DNA of 64,000 nt, taken from the NCBI GenBank assembly GCA_951406725.2, contig CATOCA020000001.1, positions 4,340,001 to 4,404,000 on the forward strand, read 5' to 3'. Position 1 is the first letter of the stretch. Each line of letters starts with the position of its first letter. A program made the position numbers and the translations under genes. Of the stretch, positions 48,544 through 61,069 are shown piece by piece. Source of the stretch: Octopus vulgaris. Lineage: Eukaryota. The notes under the pieces were generated by a model, which searched no databases, had not been told where the DNA came from, and saw only the letters and a list, made by a program, of their open reading frames with translations.

Positions 48544-51500
48544 TGTAGTGAGTGTGTGCGATTTGAATATAGAGGCACCTACCTTCTCTTCGTGGTGACG
48601 AAGATCCTCCCGAGATGGCTGGTCCTTCCTCACAGCCCCTACCCGAACACTAACAATAGCAGCTGCTAGCCCCAAACCCTTTAGCGACTTCCTCGCACGT
48701 CTTGTCACCAGCACAACCCACGTTGGAAAGGTCAACTTCAGCCCCCTGCGCACGCTTGACAGCTGACCCCTTCCGCTTGCCCCAGCTTCCGGTCAACGCA
48801 CCCGCTGGCTGACGTCCTGCTGCTGACGTCATCCCACAGGAGAGTCGCTAGAACGGACGATTAGGTTAGCGTTCGTGACCGGCTTTCCCGACATCATGTC
48901 GGTCAAGCTACAGAAGCTCCCGAACGTGCGTTCGATGCCGATGGCCGATATCATGTCGGGGGCACGTGTACTGGTTTCGTGCAGCAGGTTGACGTCGGTA
49001 GCAGCGACTGTAACGTCGAAAAGTGGCCCAGCTAGGAGCAGCGGAGAGGGGCTGAGGAAAGAACGTGTGCGACTATTCATAGGATAGTGTTTCCGGTGCC
49101 AAGGTCCACACATGGTCCGTGACTGCGCGTCGCCCAAGCCTGAGGTGATTTGCAACCGGTGTCGAGAGCCAGGGCATGTAGCCAGCGAGTGTCTGCGGGG
49201 AAACGGACCGCGGGAGACTACTGCGCCGGTAGTCGTCCCTTTGGATTAGTAGCGGCGCGTTTATCATCGCTACCTGTGGTCGACATTCTGGTGAAGGGGA
49301 AGATGTCGCGAGCCCTGGTGGACACGGGCTGTACAACGACCCTGATAACTACGGAAGTGGCATCCACCAGAATGTCGTCAATGTATGAATTGGTGGCCCT
49401 TTTTACTCTGTCCACCTTTCCCAGGATGGCCTTGAGAATTGTTGCCATAATCTTCGGCGCTGAATTCAGCCCGAATCCCAACCTGGTCAGACAGTACGTC
49501 CGGTCCCATACCTGACGAGCTGGTACTTCCATAATTTCTCAGCACATGCACCTGTAGGTATGCCGACTTTAAATCGACAATCGTGGAGGCCCCCGTCGTC
49601 TGCCTCCACTCTCGCAAGGTGTCTCCGCAGACATCCGTGGCCTCACCGCCTGTATGACACGACACGTGGTCATTCAGCTCTCGGAAGTCAAGCACTGGTC
49701 TGACCTTATGCTTTGTGGGCTGTATCACCGCCATCAGTGGCAGGACTCCGCTCTCTTCTTTTTCCCAACGGATCAGTATGCCCTCCTTAATCCACCGCTC
49801 CACCTCCCCCTCGAACTCACTTCTGGCATCTCCTTTTAGAGTATGCTGCTAGCAGCCCACTTTATTCTTTAACATCGGGGCTCTCCCTTCCACTGCCACT
49901 CCACTGTCCACCTCTTGCCATCAATGACGGCCCGAAAATACTGGTCTTCAATGGTGTGCGCCGCATCCTTTTCCTCACGGTTGTCGTCGGTGCACGGTCT
50001 CGCCCTACACGGTTTCCCCGCTAACCCAAACGTTACGCCAGCCTCGTTGACGATGACACCTCCCAAGCGGGTGATTGCATCCATCCCCATCACCACGTCA
50101 ATCTCGTCCACCAAGTGACCAACCACAATTGCTCGCAACGTCAGCTGTAGTCCCTGCACCACAATCTGCGCATCCGTAACCCCTTCGCAGTGCACTTCTC
50201 TTCCGTCGACTGCCCTAACACTGCTTCCTCCACTCCACGGATGTGCTGAGAGAAATGCTTGATGAGTGCAAGGTCAACCGCTTCTTTAGGGCGGCATACC
50301 GGCCAAGTGGAAACGGGGTGGTGGAAAGGCATCATCGTACCATGAAGGCCATGGCAGAGAGGGGTCACATTTCACCAGTCGAGGCCGTGTTTTGGTACAA
50401 TATGTCGCCCAGATCAGGACAGGCTGAGGAGTCGGTGCCACACAGGGCAATATTCAGGTACGAGTGGAGGCATCCGTGTACTACATCAATGCGACCCGGG
50501 GCAGAGGAAGAGCACGCCTTCGTGCAGGTCGGCGAGGAAGTCTGGGTAAAAACCCCAAACGCACGGTGTACATCGCAATGGGGAAAGGGGACAATAACCT
50601 CCGTAAATTCAAAGAATAACATCTCGGTCGATGGTATGCCACGCCACGTTTTGGACATACGGAGGATTGTCCATGCCCCAGAGGATGGGGCCAGCAGCAG
50701 TGGGCAAGACGAAAACAACAGACAGGATGACAGGGTCGGCAGCAACACGTCAGGAACAAGTCCTAGGGTCGCACTGCGACCACAGAGGGAGCGGCACCCT
50801 CCTCCCTGGTTGGCTGATTATGAAACCAGTTTCAGGTGCGGGAGTGAGTGCGGAAGCCGGTTCAGTGATCTGTAGATCAGGGGGGCGTGTGGTGTGTGGT
50901 GAAGGAGTGTGACGGATGGGGGAGAGCGGAAGTGGGGCTTGCAGGGCTTGCAGGGCGCATGCGCCGGAGGAAGCGGAAGTGACAGGCAGAACGCACGTGC
51001 GGCATTGAGGAGTTGCGGCAGACAGGACGAAGGGACCAGACGAGCGAGTTGGCTAAAAGCGATCCATGTTCATCTCCGACGAGGTAAGACCCAATTACAT
51101 TTCCATTCTCCCTTTTTCTGTTGTACTCCTTTCACCGTTCACACTACACACACACATCCCCCGGTCTGAGATTCGAACCCGCCAATTCTCGACCGCGAGT
51201 CCGCTGTTCTAACCACTAGGTTATGTGCCTCCACTATTCCGCTTATACTTACCACTATTGTTGCAATCATAAGAACACATAAAACATTGGTTGCAAATGT
51301 GTGTGTGCGTGTGTGCGTGTGTGTGTGAGAGTGTGTATGGGTGTGTGTGTGTGTTTCTTGTGAGTGTGTATGCGTGCGTGTGTTTTTGTGTTTGATGTGT
51401 GTGCGTGAGCGTGTATGTTTGTTGTGAGTGTGTGTATGTGAGCGTGAGTGTGTGTATGTTTGTTGTGAGTGTGTATGTGTGCGTGTGTGTTTGTTTGATG

Positions 51501-52600
51501 TGTGTGCGTGAGTGTGTATGTTTGTTGTTAGTGTGTGTATGTGTGCGTGAGTGTGTGTATGTTTGTTGTGAGTGTTTGTGTTTGTGCTTGATGTGTGTGC
51601 GTGAGTGTGTATGTCTGTTGTGAGTGTGTGTATGTGTGCGTGAGCGTGTGTATGTTTGTTGTGAGTGTGTATGTGTGCGTGTGTGTTTGTTTGATGTGTG
51701 TGCGTGAGTGTGTATGTTTGTTGTTAGTGTGTGTTTGTGTGTGTGTGTTTGTTGTGTGTGTATGTGTGCGTGTGTGTTTGTGTTTGTGCTTGATGTGTAT
51801 GTGTGTATGTGTGCGTGAGTGTGTGTGTGTTTGTTGTGAGTGTGTATGTGTGCGTGTGTATGTGTGCTTGTGTGTGTGTAGATGTGTGTATCTATTGGTC
51901 TCCTTCAGTCATTCTCTATCTCTCTGTCTTCATCATCCCGCCAGACACGCATTTTGAGTCAATCTACGAACGTGTGTTTGATTGCTGTGTGTGCGTGTAT
52001 GCATGCGCGCTCGCAGGCGCGTTTTTTTTGCGTCTGCTTCTGTGCATGTGCGTAGACTACCAAGATGATGTGCGTGGCAGAAACGTTAGCACGCCGGGCG
52101 AAATGCATATCCGTATTTCGTCTGCCGTTACGTTCTGAGTTTAAATTCCACCGAGGTCGACTTTGCCTTTCATCCTTTCGGGGTCGATAAATTAAGTACC
52201 AGTTACGCACTGGGGTCGATATAATCGACTTAATCCGTTTGTCTGTCTTTGTTTGTCCCCTCTGTGTTTAGCCCCTTATGGGTTGTAAAGAAATGCATAT
52301 ATGTATTATGTAAGCACGTATGTATATGCTTGTATATGTGGTGTGATGGTGAAGGAGTGTGACAGAAGGGGGCGGAAGGGGGGCTTGCAGGTCTTGCAGG
52401 GCGCATGCGCGGGCGGAAGCGGAAGTGACAGACAGAACGCACGTGCGGCAATGACCAGTTGCGCTAGACACGACGAAGACACCGAGAAGACACGACGCGA
52501 GCGAGTTGGCTAAAGGCGATCCGAGTTCATCTTCGGCCAGGTAAGACCCAATTACATTTCCATTCCTTTCCTTGTTCTGTTGTACTCTTTTCATACTACA

Positions 52601-52612
52601 AGCTATTTCGGC
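52601..52612 (+). promoter_or_regulatory. Non-canonical primer-binding site of family Y (AGCTATTTCGGC)
   Basis: Directly abuts the LTR end ...ACTACA; exact reverse complement of GCCGAAATAGCT, nt 1-12 of metazoan cytosolic tRNA-Phe(GAA) as known from human and Drosophila. Confidence 0.75.
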
Positions 52613-53356
52613 AAATAATCACTCGGTTTCGTAAAAAATAAAAATAGAAAATTATGCAGAGTGCTATGGTTTCACGCGAGCCTATAACACCGTTTTGCGG
52701 CGACACCGATGTGGTCGCTTGGTTGAAGAGGGTAAAGTTGGTGGCGAAGCTCCACGGTATAGCTGACCTGGCTAGTTTTATGCCGTTGTATTTGGATGGC
52801 CCGGCCTTGGCGTTATATTTAGAGATGGAGGAGACGGACCAACTCAAGGCAGATAAAGTGGAGATCCGACTTATGGAGGCCTTCGCGGAATGAATATTTG
52901 AAGCGTACGCTCGGCTGGGTAGAATGAGATGGACCGGACAACAGGTGGACGTGTTCGCCGGTGAGCTTAGAAGGTTGGCTAAACTGGCGGGATATGAGGG
53001 AGAGTCGCTAGAACGGACGGTTAGGTTAGCGTTCGTGACCGGCTTTCCCGACATCATGTCGGTCGAGCTACAGAAGCTCCCGAACGTGCGTTCGATGCCG
53101 ATGGCCGATATCATATCGCGGGAACGTGTACTGGTTTCGTGCAGCAGGTTGACGTCGGTAGCAGCGACTGTAACGTCGAAAAGTGGCCCAGCTAGGAGCA
53201 ACGGAGAGGGCTGAGGAAAGAACGCGTGCGATCGTTCAAAGGACAGTGTTTCCGGTGCCAAGGCCCACACATGGTCCGCGACTGCGCGTCGCCCAAGCCT
53301 GAGGTGATTTGCTACCGGTGTCGAGAGCCAGGGCATGTAGCCAGCGAGTGTCTGCG

Positions 53357-53400
53357 GGGAAACGGACCGCGAGAGACTACTGCGCCGGTAGTTGTCCCTT
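53357..53400 (+). promoter_or_regulatory. -1 ribosomal frameshift signal between gag and pol (G GGA AAC plus downstream hairpin)
   Basis: The heptamer is in the gag frame and pol is in the -1 frame; the same heptamer occurs in X (47782-47788, minus) and Y1 (~49198); hairpin GACTAC...GTAGT(C/T). Confidence 0.8.
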
Positions 53401-56400
53401 TGGATTAGTAGCGGCGCGTTTATCATCGTTACCTGTGGTCGACATTCTGGTGAAGGGGAAGATGTCGCGAGCCCTGGTGGACACGGGCTGTACGACGACC
53501 CTGATGACCACAGAAGTGGCAGAGACGTGGAGTGGAGGAAGCAGTGTTAGGGCAGTTGACGGAAGAGAAGTTCATTGCGAAGGGGTTACGGATGCGCAGA
53601 TTGTGGTGCAGGGACTACAGCTGACGTTGCAAGCGATTGTGGTTGGTCACTTGGTGGACGAGATCGACGTGGTGATGGGGATGGAGGCAATCACCCGTTT
53701 GGGAGGTGTCACCGTCAACGAGGCTGGCGTAACGTTTGGGTTAGCGGGGAAGCCATGTAGGGCGAGACCACGCACCGACGACAACCGTGAGGAAAAGGAT
53801 GCGGCGCACACCATTGAAGACCAGGATTTTAGGGCTGTCTTTGATGGCGAGAGGTGGACAGTGGAGTGGCACTGGAAGGGAGAGCCCCGTGTTAAAGAAT
53901 AAAGTGGGCTGCTAGCAGCATACTCTAAAAGGAGATGCCAGAAGTGAGTTCGAGGGGGAGATGGAGCGGTGGATTAAGGAGGGCATACTGATCCCCTGGG
54001 AAAAAGAAGAGAGCGGAGTCCTGCCACTGATGGCGGTGATACAGCCCACAAAGCGTAAGGTCAGGCCAGTGCTCGACTTCCGAGAGCTGAATGACCACGT
54101 GTCGTGTCATACAGGCGGCGAGGCCACGGATGTCTGCGGAGACACCTTGCGAGAGTGGAGGCAGACGACGGGGGCCTCCACGATTGTCGATTTAAAGTCG
54201 GCATACCTTCAGGTGCATGTGGATGAGAAACTACGGAAGTACCAGCTCGGCAGGTATAGGGGCCGGACGTACTGTCTGACCAGGTTGGGATTCGGGCTGA
54301 ATTCAGCGCCGAAGATTATGGCAACAATTCTCAAAGCCATCCTGGGGAAGGTGGACAGAGTAAAAAGGGCCACCAATTCATACATCGACGACATTCTGGT
54401 GGATGAAACCGTGATACCAGCAACGGAGGTCATAGGCCACCTGAAGAGTTTGGGACTGATCGCCAAGCCGCCAGAGGCTATGGAGGGAGGTGCTGCACTG
54501 GGCCTCAAGCTATGGAGGACAAGGCCGGCGCCTTGGTGTTCCGGCGAGGGAATGAGGTCCCTGAACTGGACGCCAGCATGAGTAGACGGGAACTGTTCTC
54601 TGTGTGTGGGAAGCTGGTGGGACACTACCCGATTGCAGGCTGGCTCCGGACAGCATGTAGCTTCATCAAGAGACGAGCCGAAGGAGTGAAGTGGAATGAT
54701 AAAGTGGGGGAGAGGACAATCGACATGATGCAGGAAGTCTTGGTCAGAGTAGGAGCAGAGGACCCGGTGAGGGGCAGCTGGTATGTTCCCAAATCAAGAG
54801 AGCGGGATCGTATGGTGTGACGCCAGTAGCATCGCAATAGGGGTCGTCTTGGAAGTGGGAGGTGTCACGGTGGAAGATGCGGCCTGGCTCAGGAAGATGG
54901 ATGACTGCAATCACATCAACGAGGCGGAGTTGGATGCCGTGCTGAAGGGGGTGAACCTAGCCTTGAAGTGGGGGTTGCACACCATAGAAATCAGGACTGA
55001 TTCAGCCACTGTACTTGGTTGGGCGACAGCAGTCATCACCGATGAGAGGAGGTGCGGACCAAAGGGGCTGCAGAGATGCTGGTAAAGCGTCGATTAGGAA
55101 TACTGCGTGAACTAACCACTGAGTTCAATCTGAAGCTGAGCGTGATCTTTGTGCCTTCCGAGAAGAACAGGGCAGACGTCCTGATTAGGGTAAAGCGAGC
55201 CTGGTTGCAGGTGCCAGAGGATGTCAAGCTGGATGTAGCTACAGTATGCCGTCTGAGCGACTCGGAGTTACGGAGACTGCACACCATACATCACATGGGT
55301 GTGGACAGGACATTGTTCCTGGCCAGAAAAGTTGACTCCGACGTAACAAGACAGAGCGTGCAGAGAGTTGTTAGCAGTTGTGACAGGTGCCAGTCCATCG
55401 ACACTGCTCCGGTCGTGCATGAAGCGGGAAGTATTCCAGTGGACCAGGACTGGAGACGAATGGCGGTGGACATAACACACTACCGGCAGGGGACATACCT
55501 CTCAATAGTTGACTGCGGACCGGAGAGGTTCGCCATATGGAGGGAGGTGAAGTCGGGAACCGCAGAAGAAATTGTGAAAGTGTTGAATGAGATATTCCTG
55601 GAACGAGGCCCCGTGGATGAACTGCTTCTGGACAATGGCACTGCGTTTCGCTCGGATATGCTGAGAGAAATGCTTGATGAGTGGAAGGTCAAACGCTTCT
55701 TCAGGGCGGCATACCGGCCAAGTGGAAACGGGGTGGTGGAAAGGCATCATCGTACCATCAATGCCATGGCAGAGAGGGTCACATTTCACCAGTCGAGGCC
55801 GTGTTTTGGTACAATATGTCGCCCAGATCTGGACAGGCTGAGGAGTCGGTGCCACACAGGGCAATATTCAGGTACGAGTGGAGGCATCCGTGTACTACAT
55901 CAATGCGACCCGGGGCAGAGGAAGAGCACACCTTCGTGCAGGTCGGGGAGGAAGTCTGGGTAAAACCCCCAAACGCACGGTGTACATCGCAATGGGGAAA
56001 GGGGACAATAACCTCCGTAAATTCAAAGAATAATATCTCGGTCGATGGTATGCCACGCCACGTTTTGGACATACGGAGGATTGTCCATGCCCCTGAGGAT
56101 GGGGCCAGCAGCAGTGGGCAAGACGAAAACAACAGACAGGATGACGAGGTCGGCAGCAACACACCAGAAACAAGTCCTAGGGTCGCACTGCGACCACAGA
56201 GGAGCGGCACCCTTCTCCCTGGTTGGCTGATTATGAAACCAGTTTCAGGTGCGGGAGTGAGTGAGGAAGCCGGTTCAGTGATCTATAGATCAGGGGGGCG
56301 TGTGGTTTGATGGTGAAGGAGTGTGACGGTATGGGGGGAGCGGAAGTGGGGCTTGCAGGTCTTGCAGGGCGTATGCGCGGGCGGAAGCGGAAGTGACAGA

Positions 56401-56566
56401 CAGAACGCACGTGCGGCATTGACCAGTTGCGCCTGACACGACGAAGACACCGAGAAGACACAACGCGAGCGAGTTGGCTAAAGGCGATCCGAGTTCATCT
56501 CCGGCCAGGTAAGACCCAATTACATTTCCATTCCTTTCCTTGTTCTGTTCACCATTCATACTACAG

Positions 56567-56599
<33 letters not shown>

Positions 56600-56685
56600 G
56601 TATGTATGTATGTATGTGCGTGTGTGTGTATGTATGTATGTACGCATGAATGTATTTGAGCATGTATGTATTTGCATGTGTGTAT

Positions 56686-57020
56686 GTACGAAGAATTACT
56701 CAAAAGAAACTGGAATTTTGCAATATTATTTTATTCGCTTAGTTTTATGTTTACACTTTTATCGTCTTCAAAGTATTCTCCATTTAAAGAAATGCATTGG
56801 TCCAGGCGCACTTTACACTTTTCGAAACAGTGCTGGAATTCTTGCGAAGCAATGCTTTTTAACGCCTCCGTTGTTTTTTTTTTTACTTCGTCCACGTCTG
56901 CAAAACGTTTACCGTTAAGGACGTTTTTATTTGGATGAACAAAAAAAGAAGTCTCAGGGACGAAGATCGACTGAATGAATAGAGAGGGTGTGTACGCGCG
57001 GTCATGCCATTATTGATCAA
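56686..57020 (-). pseudogene. Mariner transposase C-terminal relic with right end
   Basis: Minus strand DFF...NVLNGKRFADVDEV...SIASQEFQHCFEKCKVRLDQCISLNGEYFEDDK. Confidence 0.75.
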
Positions 57021-57064
57021 AAACTAGAATAAATCAATCAATCAATCGATCATATACATACATA

Positions 57065-57121
<57 letters not shown>

Positions 57122-58009
57122 ATACTTATATATATACGTACATATATATATATACATATATATATACATATATATATACATATATATACATATATATATA
57201 TACATATATATACATATATATATACTTATATATACATATATATATACATACATATATATACATTCTTATATATATATCACATATATATACATACACACAC
57301 ACACATATATATATATACATACACACACACACATATATATACATACACACACACATATATATATATATATACATACACACACACACATATATATACATAC
57401 ACACACATATATATATACATACACACACACATATATATACATACACACACACACATATATATACATACACACACACAAACACACATATATATACATACAC
57501 ACACACATATATATATACATACACACACACATACATATATACATACACACACAAATATATACATACACACATACATACATACACACACACACATATATAT
57601 ACATACATATATATACATTCTTATATATATATCACATATATATACATACACACACACACATATATATATATACATACACACACACACATATATATACATA
57701 CACACACACATATATATATATATATACATCCACACACATATATATACATACACACACATATATATATACATACACACACACATATATATACATACACACA
57801 CACATATATATACAAACACACACACAAACACACATATATATACATACACACACATATATATATACATACACACACACATACATATATACATACACACACA
57901 TATATATACATACACACATACATACATACACACACACACATATATATACATACACAGACACACACACACATATATATATACATAGACACACACATATATA
58001 TATATACAT

Positions 58010-58078
<69 letters not shown>

Positions 58079-58244
58079 CTAGGGTCATAATTATGGGTGA
58101 CTATTTCATATGACACCGCTAGAAAAACTGCCGTTCAAACCGAAAACTGTGGATCTTTTCGGTTTGAACGGCAGTTTTTTCTAGCGGTGTCATATGAAAT
58201 TGTCACCCATAATTATGACCCTAGTATATATATATGTGTGTGTG

Positions 58245-58317
<73 letters not shown>

Positions 58318-58790
58318 CTGTGTATATATGTGTGTGTGTATGTATATATATGTATGTGTGTGTGTGTATGTATATATGTGTGTGTGTGTGTATGTATATA
58401 TGTATGTGTGTGTGTATGTATATGTGTGTGTATGTATATATGTGTGTGTGTGTGTATGTATATATATGTGTGTGTGTGTGTATGTATATATATGTGTGTG
58501 TGTATGTGTATATATGTGTGTGTGTATGTATATATATGTGTGTGTGTATGTATATATATATATGTGTGTGTGTGTATGTATATATATGTGTGTGTGTGTA
58601 TGTATATATATGTGTTTGTGTGTGTATGTATATATATGTGATATATATACAAGTATGTAGATATATGTATTTATATATATATATGTATATATAAGTATAT
58701 ATATATGTATATATATGTATATATATATGTATATATATGTATATATATATGTATATATATATGATTGATTGATTGATTGATTCTAGTTTC
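57021..58790. repeat. Large imperfect inverted repeat centred at ~58150 on a head-to-head MITE end
   Basis: The centre CTAGGGTCATAATTATGGGTG...TTCAAACCGAAAA is mirrored; the outer ends AAACTAGAATAAATCAATC / GATTGATTCTAGTTT are mirrored; CA-rich and TG-rich arms. Confidence 0.85.
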
Positions 58791-60530
58791 AGCTTATGAG
58801 CTGTGGCCATGCTGGGGCACCGCCATTTGGTGTTGCTACTTGGTTTCACTTCATGGAGGCTTTCTAGCAACTGCTATTTGGTGCATGAGAGAGTTCGATG
58901 CAGCTGCCCTCATCTGCCCCTCCTGCCGTGAAGTTGGTTCATCTGGGACACCTGACAGGAAGAGATCCAGCTCCATTTTAAAGACATCTGTATCCACCCC
59001 ATGCAGGTCACTCAGGTTCTTCGGGAGGATATTGAAGAGCTGTGGGCCTCGGAAGCCCAGGCTATCACAGAATCTTGTCCTACATCTTGATGGCAAGTTT
59101 GGAGTCCTAGGCACCACGCAGTGGCGCCCAGTTCTGGCATTTGCGTAACTCTCGATGCCAAAGTTCAGGACACTTCCCTCCAGGATCTTCCAGATGTATA
59201 TTATGGCATATCTTTCCCGCCTACGCTCCAGGGAATATAATTTTAATCTCTTGAGTCTTTCCCAGTAGCTTACATTCTGCATAGAGGCTATCTTCTTCGT
59301 GTAGCTTCGTTGGATCGCCTCAAGTTCTGTGATCAACTTGACACTGGATGGTGACCATAGCTGAGAGCAATAGTCAAAGTGGCTTAGGACAAGTGTCTTC
59401 CAGAGGACCATCATGGTTTCTTGTTCTCTTGTTCTAAAGGTTCTAAGAATCCATCCTGCCAGCCGTCTGCATTTCATTGTCAGTTTAGCAACTTGTACAT
59501 GAAAGGTCGCGTCATCACTCATGTGAATACCCAGGTCACGCACTGATTGTGCCTCTGGGATTGCAATCCCTCCGGGTCCAGTGTATTCCTTGGGTATTGC
59601 ATTCAGTTTTGCATGCTGATAGTATAAAGCTTGAAACTTTTCAGCATTGAACTGCATGCTATTCTTTTCAGCCCACTTGTATATTTCGTCCAGCTCATAT
59701 TGCAGGTGCTTAGTGTCTTCAGGGTTCTGTATTGCCTGTGAAACTTTTGTATCATCTGCATAACTTGTGATTGTGGCTCTCCGCGTGGCTGAGGGCATGT
59801 CTGAGAGGGCCATTATGAACAGTAGTGGTCCCAAAACAGTGCCCTGTGGAACACCGCTCACTATTTGCGTGCTAATGGAAGTGGCCCCATTGGCTACTAC
59901 CACCTGACTTCTATCTTTCAGAAAGTCATGAAGCCATTCTCCCAGTTTTCCAACTATGTTGAGATCACGCAGTTTGTGACATATCATTCCATGATCGACT
60001 TTATCAAAGGCCTTTGCAAAGTCGAGATATATCACTTCCACATTTGAGTGGTTGAGCAGCCGTTTCAGCACCCAGTCATAGTGTTGTAGGAGCTGAGTTA
60101 AACAGCTTCTCCCTGGTCGGAAACCATGTTGGGTGTCGGGCAGCAAGTCATTTTCTTCAAGGAAGGTGATCAGTTTCCTTCTGACTATTCGTTCCATGAC
60201 CTTGCTGATGTGTGAGGTCAGAGAGATAGGTCTGTAGTTCTTGGCCTCCGCTCTGCTACCTCATTTATGAATGGACCTTCCTTCAGTTTTCTAGGAAGTT
60301 TGCCAGCTGCAAGAAAGCTCTGAAAGAGGAACTGCAGTGGTCTTGCTAGGAATCTCTTACATGCTTTTAGGAGGATTGCCAGGAATCAATCGGGACCAGT
60401 AGCTGAGTCTGTTTTAATTTCATCTATAGCCTTTATTACATCGTCTTCCTTTATATCGATGTAAACTATCGTCGCCGCCTCTGATTTTATATCTGCAGTG
60501 GTAAAGAAGTCAGTTGGATTGGTGATTTGG
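58762..60530 (-). mobile_element. 5'-truncated CR1/L2-group LINE (RT and C-terminal domain, ORF 58851-60197), with 3' UTR stem-loop and (AATC)n tail
   Basis: QHGFRPGRSC, YLDFAKAFDKVDH, SGVPQGTVLGPLLF, YADD, YSLERRRERY. Confidence 0.92.
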
Positions 60531-60738
60531 AGATGTATATATACATAGACACGCACACACACAAACACACATATATATACATACACATACACATATATAT
60601 ATATACATACACACACACACGCATATATGCATACACACACACACACATATATATATATACGTACACACACACACACATATATATATATACATACACACAC
60701 ACACATATATATACATACACACACATATATATACATAC

Positions 60739-61037
60739 GCCCTGTGTCATCCATGTTTTTAACCGTTACTGTCTCCAAAAAAGATTTTTCGTTTCATGTT
60801 CGTCTCTGTTGCGTTGCATTCTTTCCTTCTGTGGCTGGCTGATTCAGAGCGGATCTCAGAATTGAACGGCCGAAATCTGCGATGAGGTATCAGTTTCTGA
60901 CTGAAGAATGAAGGCTTTGAATGACCCGTTTGTCTTTTTGTACGTTCCTTCGTGTATTTCACGTTATTTATTTATGTAAAGGTTTATTATATATATATAT
61001 ATATATATATAAATATATATATACATATGTATGTATG

Positions 61038-61069
<32 letters not shown>

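Larger units (their letters stand above)
44618..48838 (-). mobile_element. Ty3/Gypsy-type LTR retrotransposon family X, full length (4.2 kb)
   Basis: LTRs at 44618-44913 and 48544-48838 are near-identical with TGT...ACA ends; 4-bp TSD GGAG; PPT-like GATCAGGGTGGCG; order gag-PR-RT-RH-IN. Confidence 0.95.
44479..51148 (+). mobile_element. Ty3/Gypsy-type LTR retrotransposon family Y, copy 1 (rearranged; host of element X)
   Basis: Partial 5' LTR from 44479; 3' LTR 50888-51148 (TG...CA); 5-bp TSD CACAC; internal deletions and an inversion at 49361-50239. Confidence 0.9.
44255..51233 (-). mobile_element. SINE with a family C-like head, split by the LTR cluster (tail 44255-44478, head 51149-51233)
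   Basis: The head at 51160-51233 matches the SINE C tRNA-like head on the minus strand; continuity across the CACAC TSD. Confidence 0.65.
52337..56565 (+). mobile_element. Ty3/Gypsy-type LTR retrotransposon family Y, copy 2, full length (4.2 kb), ORFs disrupted
   Basis: LTRs at 52337-52600 and 56301-56565; 5-bp TSD GTATA; PPT AGATCAGGGGGGCG; gag 52654-53408 and pol ~53360-56275 with stops and frameshifts. Confidence 0.95.

Noticed and set aside
52337-52600. Tf1-like self-priming as the explanation of the odd PBS
   Set aside because: No GCCGAAATAGCT-like sequence was found in the LTR that could anneal to the PBS.
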